The translations under genes and the position numbers were made by a program. Positions 40,608 through 49,261 of a stretch of DNA of 64,000 bases are shown piece after piece. Where the stretch lies: positions 2,240,001 through 2,304,000 of the forward strand of contig OZ220744.1 in assembly GCA_965116925.1 (NCBI GenBank), in the 5' to 3' direction. The notes below the pieces were generated by a model. That model did not search any database and was not told where the DNA came from. It saw only the letters and a list, made by a program, of their open reading frames with translations. The first letter of the stretch is position 1. Every line of letters begins with the position of its first letter. This DNA comes from Candidatus Poribacteria bacterium. Lineage in GTDB: Bacteria > Poribacteria > WGA-4E > PCPOR2b.

Positions 40608-41516
40608 ATGGACAGAGAAGCAATTATTCAGAAATTTGAAACCTTGAATCTATGGCAAAGGGCAGGGGAAAGAGCACCGCACAAACCCTTGCTGGTTCTG
40701 TATGCAATTAGAAGATTGATACGAGATGGAGTTCGCCTCATTCTGTACTCCGAAATAGATGAGAATCTTGGAAAATTACTGAAGGAGTTTGGGCCTAGAC
40801 GATCAAAATATGGAACCCAGTATCCATTTTGGAGGTTGCGAAATGATAGTGTTTGGGAGGTAACTGATGCTCACAAAATTGTCCCAAACTCCAGTGGAGA
40901 CGCCCGAAAGAGGGATCTCCTTGGTTACAATGTTGCTGGTGGTTTCCACCAAGTCATTGCCAAGCAATTTCAGAATGATTCGAGACTAGCGTCTGAAATA
41001 ATTCAGAACCTGCTAGACGCTCATTTTTCATATTCGATTCATGAAGACATTTTACGGGCTGTTGAAATTGATTCACCTCTCCAGATTGCTAAACCTCAAA
41101 GACAAGACTCCAAACGGCGACAGCGAAACCCCAACTTCCGACCAAAGATTCTGAGAGCCTACGAATATAAATGTGCCGTCTGCGGTTTTGATGCAAAATT
41201 AGGAACCTCTCCCGTTGCGTTAGAAGCCGCCCATATCAAGTGGCATACGCATCGTGGTCCCGATGTAGTAGTCAATGGGTTGGCTCTCTGTTCGCTACAC
41301 CATAAGCTATTTGATCGTGGAGCGTTTACACTATCCAAGGAACGGGAAATCGTAGTATCAGGTGATGTACACGGGTCAGTGGGTTTTGAGGAATGGCTTA
41401 TGAAATTTCACGGTCAGCAGATTAACCTTCCTCAAAGGGAAGGTGACTATCCGGCGGTAAAGTTCATTAGATGGCACATTAAAGCGGTATTTAAGGGAAA
41501 TTACCGTGAATTGTAA
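40608..41516 (+). CDS. SBD-HNH phosphorothioate-dependent restriction endonuclease-like protein (paralog)
   Basis: GERAPHKPLLVL, QYPFWRL, CAVCG, EAAHIKWH and NGLALCSLHH motifs. Confidence 0.8.
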   Translation: MDREAIIQKFETLNLWQRAGERAPHKPLLVLYAIRRLIRDGVRLILYSEIDENLGKLLKEFGPRRSKYGTQYPFWRLRNDSVWEVTDAHKIVPNSSGDARKRDLLGYNVAGGFHQVIAKQFQNDSRLASEIIQNLLDAHFSYSIHEDILRAVEIDSPLQIAKPQRQDSKRRQRNPNFRPKILRAYEYKCAVCGFDAKLGTSPVALEAAHIKWHTHRGPDVVVNGLALCSLHHKLFDRGAFTLSKEREIVVSGDVHGSVGFEEWLMKFHGQQINLPQREGDYPAVKFIRWHIKAVFKGNYREL

Positions 41517-41603
41517 TCCGTTGATTCGGCTGCCCGGTTTAATTTAATTGACAGCTTACTGTTAAATGCGTTTACCCATTTATATGATTTTGGGAGTGAT
41601 GTT

Positions 41604-42344
41604 ATGCAGTCAATCTATTCGTTAATGCCAGATCATGAAGCCTTGTTGGCTCTTGAACCGGAGGAACTAGCGGGTTTTGTTTTGGAATATCTTAATTCTC
41701 TTTCCCCAAGAGATTCTGGACAGTTAAACCGCCATAACTTTAGCTTGCCTCATACGGTGGAAGGGTACCCTCATGAATATCAGGATGAGATTAGCCGAGC
41801 ACTGATGGAGGCTTGGGTGTGGCTAGAACACGAAGGACTTTTAGCACCGAAACCGGGAGATGATAGAGGTTGGGTTTTCATTACAAGACGGGGGCACAAG
41901 CTAAAAACAGCTGTTGACGTGGAAGCCTATCGCAAAACAAGCCTATTGCCTAAACAACTTCTTCATCCGGTGATAGCCTACAAAGTCTGGTCACTCTTTT
42001 TGCGGGGAGAGTATGATACCGCCGTATTCCAAGCTTTTAAGGAGGTAGAGGTCGCAGTTCGTGATGCTGGAGGCTATGAAAAAAAAGATTATGGAGTTAA
42101 CTTGATGCGACAAGCATTTCACCCTCGGGATGGAGTATTGACTGATGCTAATCAACTACCGGCCGAAAAAGACGCAACATTGGCTTTGTTTGCAGGGGCT
42201 ATAGGTCTGTACAAAAATCCTCCTAGCCATCGAAATGTAAACATTACCCCGGTGGAAGCGGTAGAAATGATAATCTTCGCTAGCTCCCTGCTTAAGATTA
42301 TCGATTCTAACACATCGGCATCAGCTACACCTAGTGGAAACTAA
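41604..42344 (+). CDS. TIGR02391 (Ymh-like) family protein with N-terminal extension
   Basis: GEYDTAVFQAFKEVEVAVR..GVNLMRQAF..LFAGAIGLYKNPPSH. Confidence 0.8.
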   Translation: MQSIYSLMPDHEALLALEPEELAGFVLEYLNSLSPRDSGQLNRHNFSLPHTVEGYPHEYQDEISRALMEAWVWLEHEGLLAPKPGDDRGWVFITRRGHKLKTAVDVEAYRKTSLLPKQLLHPVIAYKVWSLFLRGEYDTAVFQAFKEVEVAVRDAGGYEKKDYGVNLMRQAFHPRDGVLTDANQLPAEKDATLALFAGAIGLYKNPPSHRNVNITPVEAVEMIIFASSLLKIIDSNTSASATPSGN

Positions 42345-42359
42345 ATTAAGCATAAGGAC

Positions 42360-43661
42360 ATGTTTATCGGGAGTGTTAAAAAAATGCGAGAATATGAGTA
42401 TGATGTTACCTTGTCCTTTGCAGGAGAAGATCGAACACACGCTGAAGCGTTAGCAAATCTTCTCAAGAATGATGGGTATAAAGTATTTTATGACAAATAT
42501 GAGTGGGCCCGGCTGTGGGGCGCAAATCTCTATGATGAATTCTCCGCAGTTTACAAGGATAAAGCACGCTACTGCGTCATGTTTGTGTCTGAACATTATG
42601 CCCAAAAGTTATGGACGAATCATGAACGCCAGACTGCTCAGGCGAGGGCATTTCAAGAAAGCGAAGCATATATTCTTCCGATCTTACTTGACGATACGGA
42701 AATTCCGGGAATTTTGCCCACAGTCGGGTACTTGGATTTACGCTCAATGTCTATTGAAGATGTCTATTCGATTTTATCGGAGAAACTACAAGAGGACTCA
42801 TTGCAGCCAACAATCAATCCTCCAACCTCCACTTCTGTCGAAAACAATATCGGAGAATTTGTGTTGTTGCGTTCAGCAAATGGAAGTTTGCGTTTTCTTT
42901 CGTTTATAGAAGCACGCAGGGATTCAACTGGTATATCCCTTAAAGTTCTTTCAGAATCGTCTGAAGACGCTGGATTTCTACGTTCATTAAGAGATACTTA
43001 TAGTAACGTACTTGCCTTTGCCTATAAGGAAGATGCTGCGTGGGTGAGTCTAGAGGAGATTGTTGAAACTACAGCCGGTTCTCAAACCGTCTGCGAAGTA
43101 CGTCTTAATATAAATGATAGCAACGCAAATTACGATTTCTTCGGTGATATGACAGGCATGAGCATTTCTGCAGATCAGATTGCCGAAATGCGTGCACGGA
43201 GAATTCTCCTTGATGAAAAATTGGATGTTGGTATTTCTGCGTTAAGCCAAGACAACTTCTCAAATATAGGACAACGAGCAACTTTATACACTGAGAACGC
43301 ATCAGGGATACGTTCATTACTTGGGCAAGTTGATACTTGGGAGCTAGATCTGCTAGAGGCTCATATTCATGGGATGTCTTCATCAGGCTATGAGCCTGGA
43401 CTACCAGTGGAGGCATCGCCAATTCCCGAGCTTTATCAGCAATTTAGACAAACTCCAGAGAAATTTAAGAAGTTTGCTCGTTTAATCTCGGTTCTCTATT
43501 TGAAACTGTCAAACACGGTTGAAGGTATACTTGAATTAGATTTGGAACTGCTAGGTTCCGCACAATTGCGAGTTAAATTTAGGGGGTGCCGGCCCCAACT
43601 TGCTGTAAATGTAGCACCTTCAATTATTGAATTCGAGGGAAATTGCCCACTTTCCGAGTGA
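42360..43661 (+). CDS. TIR domain protein with an unrecognised C-terminal region
   Basis: YDVTLSFAGEDR, LWGANL and WTNHE (catalytic Glu position). The start may be at 42384. Confidence 0.85.
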   Translation: MFIGSVKKMREYEYDVTLSFAGEDRTHAEALANLLKNDGYKVFYDKYEWARLWGANLYDEFSAVYKDKARYCVMFVSEHYAQKLWTNHERQTAQARAFQESEAYILPILLDDTEIPGILPTVGYLDLRSMSIEDVYSILSEKLQEDSLQPTINPPTSTSVENNIGEFVLLRSANGSLRFLSFIEARRDSTGISLKVLSESSEDAGFLRSLRDTYSNVLAFAYKEDAAWVSLEEIVETTAGSQTVCEVRLNINDSNANYDFFGDMTGMSISADQIAEMRARRILLDEKLDVGISALSQDNFSNIGQRATLYTENASGIRSLLGQVDTWELDLLEAHIHGMSSSGYEPGLPVEASPIPELYQQFRQTPEKFKKFARLISVLYLKLSNTVEGILELDLELLGSAQLRVKFRGCRPQLAVNVAPSIIEFEGNCPLSE

Positions 43662-43812
43662 TTGTAGAAAATGTTTTTGGGAGCTAGAATGTAAAACACC
43701 TAAACGAACTTATCCTTCCAAGCTTCAGAGTGCATATGGGTGGTTGAATCTATTATCTGACATTCCTACAGATAGAGCAAATCGCCAACCAAATCCACTA
43801 TCTCTGAATTAA

Positions 43813-43941
43813 TCGATTGGACTGCAAAGTGCGTTGCGTTACGATCAAACGGCGGGGGTGAAACAGGTTTACCGGGAGCGACAGATTGACCCGATGAAAC
43901 TACTCTATAGCTACTACCAAACTAACCCCTCTGCGTATTAA
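43813..43941 (+). pseudogene. sspB: 3' remnant of a DUF4007 (SspB-like) gene
   Basis: Manual translation gives SIGLQSALRYDQTAGVKQVYRERQIDPMKLLYSYYQTNPSAY*, which resembles the DUF4007 C-terminus. There is an in-frame stop just upstream, no start codon, and it abuts sspC. Confidence 0.6.
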
Positions 43942-43972
43942 TCCGAAAATAGGTTCAGCCCCGAAAAGACTC

Positions 43973-46900
43973 ATGAACAAAACCATTCCACTTTCTGAAC
44001 TCTTTCACGTTACCAGTCGTTTTCACCGTTCGGTTCATCTTGAACGCGATTTTTATGGGAAGAACGCACTGGATGGGTACGTCCTAACAGTCACGGCACG
44101 GGAAACACTGCAACGGCTAATTGCAGCACTTGAAGATGAATCGACATCGAAAGCGTGGTCACTCACCGGTCCCTACGGGTCAGGCAAATCGGCCTTTGCA
44201 CTCTTTGCTGCGAAGTTGCTAGGTGACTCCGAATCACTGACGACGCAGGCAGCGATGAAGCTCCTAAAGCACGGAGACAAATCCTTATGTAATCGATTCA
44301 TCGGTTTGGATCTACACGGGCGGAGAGGATTTTGTCCCGTGCTCATCTCGGGTGAACGCTCACCGATTTCGCTTGCTTTGCTGCGTGGATTGGATCGTGG
44401 TCTCACTGTTTTTAGCGATTCCCCGGCTCGGCTCCCGTCTTTCCGTCCACTTCTATCAGACATCCAAAAACGGTTGAAGGCAGCAGAAAATGGGAACCTA
44501 CCCCATGCTTCCGAAATTACGAACCTTTTTGAATCCGCAACAGGTCAGATTAGAGCAACGGAGGGCACAGGACTGTTATTGGTAGTTGATGAGCTTGGCA
44601 AGTTTCTTGAATACGCCGCGCAAAACCCGGCAGATGGTGATCTGTTTGTGCTACAAAGTCTTGCCGAATTTGCCACCAGAAGCAAACAAACACCTCTGCT
44701 GATGCTGACAATTCTCCATCAAGCGTTTGAGCAGTACGCACAACGGTTAGCAGCCTCCCAACGTGAGGAGTGGGCGAAGGTACAGGGACGTTTTGAGGAT
44801 GTCTCCTTTATAGAACCGACTGAGCAGGTGCTTCGCCTAATTGGGAGTGCAATCCAAAAGACTGCAGCAGTTGAGAATCCCAACCTTTCTGTTGCGGTTG
44901 ACCTAGAACTTAAACCACGCCAACTTGATAAGACCGAATTTGTGTCGCTGCTTGAAAGCTGTTTGCCCCTCCATCCGACAGTTGCTCTCATTGTCAGTCC
45001 ACTTTTCCGTCGATTTGCTCAAAATGAACGCTCTCTTTTCGCCTTACTCAACTCCAGCGAACCGCACGGACTCCAAGATTTTCTCTCTAAGCAGATCTAC
45101 GATGGGCGTGCCCTACCAACATTTAGGCTGTCCAACCTGTACGATTACATTTACAACGCTTTGGGCAGCGGTCTGTACACATCAAGGGAGGGGGCAAAGT
45201 GGGCAGAAATCGAGTCCGCAATTGAACGACTGCCGGACCCGTCTCCGATGACGGTGAAATTGATTAAAACTATCGGTCTGCTCGGTATTGTTGGGGAGGC
45301 AAGTGTAAATCTGAAAGCCTCAAAGGCTTTACTCCGTTACGCACTCGATGATGGCATGGAGAATTTCCAGAATGAAGTTAATGAGTCTGTCGAATCATCG
45401 TTGGCGATGTTGGAGGGACGTTCTATTGTTATCTACCGCCGCTACAACGATGCGTATGCCCTATGGGAAGGAAGCGATATCGACATCGAAGCGAGGCTCC
45501 GGGAGGCAAGAGCACACCTTGACCCGAATCTGCGCCTGCCTACTGCCCTCTCGACGCTTATGCAACCGCAACCCCTTATTGCCCGCCGGCACCTCTTTGT
45601 GACAGGCACGCTGCGATACTTTGTCGTCCGGTACACCGACCTTGAGGGGTTTGATGAGGATTTGCAGATGCCATCTGATGAGGCCGACGGGTCTGATGAC
45701 GCGGACGGGCTTGCGCTTTACGCCCTGCCTACAAGCGAACTTGAGGCAGAACAGCTTGTTGCAAAAGCTACCGAATTAGCCGCGGATCGCGAAGATGTAC
45801 TCATTGCGATTCCCGAATCAATCGACTCTTTGAGGGACGCTGTCCTTGAGCTTTGGTGTTTGGGTTGGGTTGAGAAAAATACCCCCGAACTCCGTGGCGA
45901 TGCAACAGCGCGGCGTGAACTTTGGGCGCGACACACTGAGGCCGAGCAAGAGGTATCCGATCAATTGACTTCTCTTTTTGGCGGAAACCTAGCTGCCCCT
46001 CAAGTGGCTCTCAGCCCGACTCGTAAGGAAGACACCGGGGGCTGCTCATGGTATCATAACGGACAACCGATACTGATTACCTCAAGAAGAGCACTTAATG
46101 AATATCTATCCGAAATCTGTGATTCTGTTTACAATGCAACTCCGATTCTTCGTAATGAACTGATCAATCGACGAAAAATTTCCTCGCAGGCAGCGTCCGC
46201 AAGACGGAAACTCATTGGAGGGATGCTTGATTCCCAAGGACAGGAAAAACTGGGTATTGACGGCTACCCACCCGAAATGAGCATTTACCTCTCCTTACTA
46301 TTCGACACCGGGATACACCGTTGTGTTTCGGGGGTGTGGGGGTTTCATCCACCAAACACCGATGATAAAAATCGAATCTCTCTCACTTGGCTAGAGATCG
46401 AAAGTTTTCTTAACGAATGTGAGGAGAGGAGACAATCTGTTGCCAAGCTTTATGAACGGTTGGAGCAGCCGCCCTTTGGATTGAGAAGTGGTCCAATGCC
46501 CATTCTTTTGTGCGCGGTATTGCTGCACTATGAGGCAGAAATCGCGCTATACGAAGATAGTTCCTTTGTTGCAGACATCTCAATGCCGGTTTTTGAGCGG
46601 TTGATTAGGGATCCTGAAAAGTTTGAAATCAAACGTTTCCGAATGGAAGGTATCCGCACAGAAGTGTTTGAGCAATTTACAGGAATGATTTCTAAGCCGG
46701 TGTCAGCGGAAGGGAGCCCGCCAAATCTTCTAGTAATTGTCAGACCGCTCATCAGTTTTATACAAAAGCTGCCCCGTTATACGATGCTCACACAGGATTT
46801 AAGCGATGCAGCGATCACCTTACGCAGAGCCATCAGCGATGCACGAGAGCCGGACGCGCTCCTCTTTGAACAGTTGCCCCAAGCACTCGGCTTTGAGGCT

Positions 46901-47533
46901 TTTGGACCATCGGTGGAGACAGATTCAGAAACGGTTAATGCGTTTTTCAATATCTTGCGAAGCGCACTGTCCGAGTTAAACCGAGCCTATGATGAACTGC
47001 TATCTTTCATTGAGGAGATGCTTATTTCTGCGTTTTCTTTACAATCGGATGGTGATTCGCCCCACATTGAATTGATTAACAGAGCACGCCCCTTGCTCGA
47101 TTGGACAATTGACACCAAACTCAAGGGGTTTTTGATTCGTATCTGCGACGAAGAGCTTGATTTCAAGGAATGGGTTGAGGCAATTGGAACTTATATCGCC
47201 AACAAACCCCCGGCATCGTGGAATGACTCAGATAAAGCCCATTTTGAGATGAACCTTTCTGAACTTGCGAGGAAGTTTCATCATTTTGACGCATTGTCAT
47301 TTGAGCAACGAGAGCAGCCTGATAACAACGCAGGTGAGGTAATTCGGGTTGGTGTTACTACTCTCTCTTCACAGGAGCAGGAGCGGGTCGTTACTGTGCC
47401 GCCAACTGCAGAGGCGCAAGCCGACAAAATTGAGCGCGCAATTGTACAAATGCTTGAGCGAGAGGAGAATACTGAAATTCGCCTCGCTATCCTAGCCCGA
47501 CTGTCGCAGAAGTTGATGGAACAGCTTGAGTAA
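43973..47533 (+). CDS. sspC: large P-loop ATPase, SspC-like
   Basis: RFHRSVHLERD, LTGPYGSGKS (Walker A), LVVDELGKFLE (Walker B), EWAKVQGRF and FAQNERSLF motifs. Confidence 0.75.
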   Translation: MNKTIPLSELFHVTSRFHRSVHLERDFYGKNALDGYVLTVTARETLQRLIAALEDESTSKAWSLTGPYGSGKSAFALFAAKLLGDSESLTTQAAMKLLKHGDKSLCNRFIGLDLHGRRGFCPVLISGERSPISLALLRGLDRGLTVFSDSPARLPSFRPLLSDIQKRLKAAENGNLPHASEITNLFESATGQIRATEGTGLLLVVDELGKFLEYAAQNPADGDLFVLQSLAEFATRSKQTPLLMLTILHQAFEQYAQRLAASQREEWAKVQGRFEDVSFIEPTEQVLRLIGSAIQKTAAVENPNLSVAVDLELKPRQLDKTEFVSLLESCLPLHPTVALIVSPLFRRFAQNERSLFALLNSSEPHGLQDFLSKQIYDGRALPTFRLSNLYDYIYNALGSGLYTSREGAKWAEIESAIERLPDPSPMTVKLIKTIGLLGIVGEASVNLKASKALLRYALDDGMENFQNEVNESVESSLAMLEGRSIVIYRRYNDAYALWEGSDIDIEARLREARAHLDPNLRLPTALSTLMQPQPLIARRHLFVTGTLRYFVVRYTDLEGFDEDLQMPSDEADGSDDADGLALYALPTSELEAEQLVAKATELAADREDVLIAIPESIDSLRDAVLELWCLGWVEKNTPELRGDATARRELWARHTEAEQEVSDQLTSLFGGNLAAPQVALSPTRKEDTGGCSWYHNGQPILITSRRALNEYLSEICDSVYNATPILRNELINRRKISSQAASARRKLIGGMLDSQGQEKLGIDGYPPEMSIYLSLLFDTGIHRCVSGVWGFHPPNTDDKNRISLTWLEIESFLNECEERRQSVAKLYERLEQPPFGLRSGPMPILLCAVLLHYEAEIALYEDSSFVADISMPVFERLIRDPEKFEIKRFRMEGIRTEVFEQFTGMISKPVSAEGSPPNLLVIVRPLISFIQKLPRYTMLTQDLSDAAITLRRAISDAREPDALLFEQLPQALGFEAFGPSVETDSETVNAFFNILRSALSELNRAYDELLSFIEEMLISAFSLQSDGDSPHIELINRARPLLDWTIDTKLKGFLIRICDEELDFKEWVEAIGTYIANKPPASWNDSDKAHFEMNLSELARKFHHFDALSFEQREQPDNNAGEVIRVGVTTLSSQEQERVVTVPPTAEAQADKIERAIVQMLEREENTEIRLAILARLSQKLMEQLE

Positions 47534-47653
47534 GACAGGCGGGCAACCACAAGGGTTGCCCCTACAGTTAGATCTTGGGTTTATAGTCGGGCGCGCCTGT
47601 CGGGACGCGCAATGAATTGCGCTACTACAAACTGAACTGCGTAACTTCTATTA

Positions 47654-47710
47654 GGATTGGATGTGCCGCCCGGTACGCTTAACGGTGTTCTCAAGCAAGC
47701 CGGTTTCAAA
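47654..47710 (+). pseudogene. hicA: HicA toxin 3' remnant
   Basis: GLDVPPGTLNGVLKQAGFK matches the HicA C-terminus. Bounded by MITE ends and located upstream of hicB. Confidence 0.7.
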
Positions 47711-47712
47711 GA

Positions 47713-47821
47713 TTATAGTGGACCTTAGAATTAATGAGACACTCCAAACCGGCGCAGTTGGAAACAGCGCCTACCAAACATGGGGGCGAAAGTGTCTATT
47801 TATTTTTTGAATTCACTATAA
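47713..47821. mobile_element. MITE (TTATAGTG...CACTATAA termini)
   Basis: Full copy. Relatives at 4577, 53589, 58120 and 62533 (reverse). Confidence 0.8.
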
Positions 47822-47834
47822 CTTGGAGGCACTT

Positions 47835-48029
47835 ATGCAATATCTAGTTGTTTTTGAAAAAGCGGCAAACAGCTATGGTGCCTATGTGCCAGACCTGCCC
47901 AGCTGCGTTGCGATAGGTGAAACGATGGCTGAGGTGCGTGGGTTGATTGCAGAAGCGATCCAATTTCATATTGAGGGGCTGCGAGAGGATGGTGTTGTTG
48001 TGCCGCTGCCATCGTCAACAGCTAGATAG
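47835..48029 (+). CDS. hicB: HicB family antitoxin (short)
   Basis: YGAYVPDLPSCVAIGET..EAIQFHIEGLREDG; RBS GGAGG. Confidence 0.85.
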   Translation: MQYLVVFEKAANSYGAYVPDLPSCVAIGETMAEVRGLIAEAIQFHIEGLREDGVVVPLPSSTAR

Positions 48030-48139
48030 ACATGTCGCCCCGCTGGGGCTTTGGGATATTTGTTTATCCGTTTACTATAAACATGTCGCCCCTCTGGGGC
48101 TAAATGAGCTGCTAAACCGACAAAATTTAGGAGAATTCG

Positions 48140-48799
48140 GTGAAAAAATTAACGCTTTTCTTATTTATCTTTATACTGGTAACGTCTCTTTGGGCGGAGG
48201 AGGATGTGAAAGAAACGAAAGCCGAAAAGCCCAAGACAAGCGGTGGTTTTGGGGGACCGGTGTTGAAGGTGACGCGGATCAACGATGTATTCGGCTTGAT
48301 GGTCGGTGGTCGAGCGGGTTGGATTTATAAACATACCTATGCAATCGGAGGGGGCTTTTACGGCTTACTCAGAGATATAGAGGTAGAGACGCCGGGTTTT
48401 GAACGTGAATTTGAGTTTGCTTATAGTGGACTGGAGTTAGAATATATTATCGCTCCCAGTCGAGATGTCCACCTCTCTGCTCAAACTTTGATCGGGTTTG
48501 GTGGGCTTACAGATCGGTATCAGCGGGTGTACTATTTTGTTGATGACTATAGTAGATATGGTGGTCCCGACGACAGTTTTTTTATTGTGCAGCCGGGCCT
48601 CAATATAGTGTGGAATATGAAAACGTATCTCCAGATCTATTTTGGAGGGAGTTACCGCTATATCCGTGGTGTTGACATCGAAGGACTCGATAATGCGGAT
48701 CTGAACGGTTACTCGGTCGTGGTGACCTTTAAGTTTGGTCGTAATGCGAAGGTGGAACCGCCGGATCAATCTGAGTTTGAAGGCACCTACATATTCTGA
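48140..48799 (+). CDS. outer-membrane beta-barrel protein
   Basis: Signal peptide followed by Gly/aromatic alternating strands. Confidence 0.7.
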   Translation: MKKLTLFLFIFILVTSLWAEEDVKETKAEKPKTSGGFGGPVLKVTRINDVFGLMVGGRAGWIYKHTYAIGGGFYGLLRDIEVETPGFEREFEFAYSGLELEYIIAPSRDVHLSAQTLIGFGGLTDRYQRVYYFVDDYSRYGGPDDSFFIVQPGLNIVWNMKTYLQIYFGGSYRYIRGVDIEGLDNADLNGYSVVVTFKFGRNAKVEPPDQSEFEGTYIF

Positions 48800-49261
48800 A
48801 AATTATGGTAGGTTTTAGGATTACTTAGACACTGTAGCGCAAACTGTATGAAGATTAATTTATTAATTGGGTAATTTCCGAGCGATGTCCGGTGCGGTTG
48901 GAAACCGCACCTACCGGGTCTGGGAGCAATATAGAATTGCCCGTTTAATTTCTTAAAACTCATTTAGTTTGCGCGCTCGGATCACAATCTAACAGATCGT
49001 GGTACAAGAATAGATTGTAGGTCGAGATTCATATCTCGACAGAATATCCAGCCCCGATGAATCGGGATTTTCAACGTGGCGTGCAACAATCTGGGTTGAT
49101 TGAGCCAAAACTATTGTGCAATGTGCTAAGTGATGTCGATTTTGGAAAATCGACCTACAGAAATCCGAAGCTATCTCTAATGTGTGAACAAAGGGTTGGG
49201 AGACCCAACCCCTACAATACGCCCGATGAATCGGGCAACTACAGTCTGAAGTGCGTAAGTC

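Noticed and set aside
42360..43661. Thoeris system
   Set aside because: No ThsA-like (SIR2/SLOG or Macro-TM) gene is nearby.
43973..47533. BREX BrxC
   Set aside because: No pglZ, pglX or brxL in the window. The DUF4007 stub plus PAPS reductase without these fits Ssp better, though the families are related.
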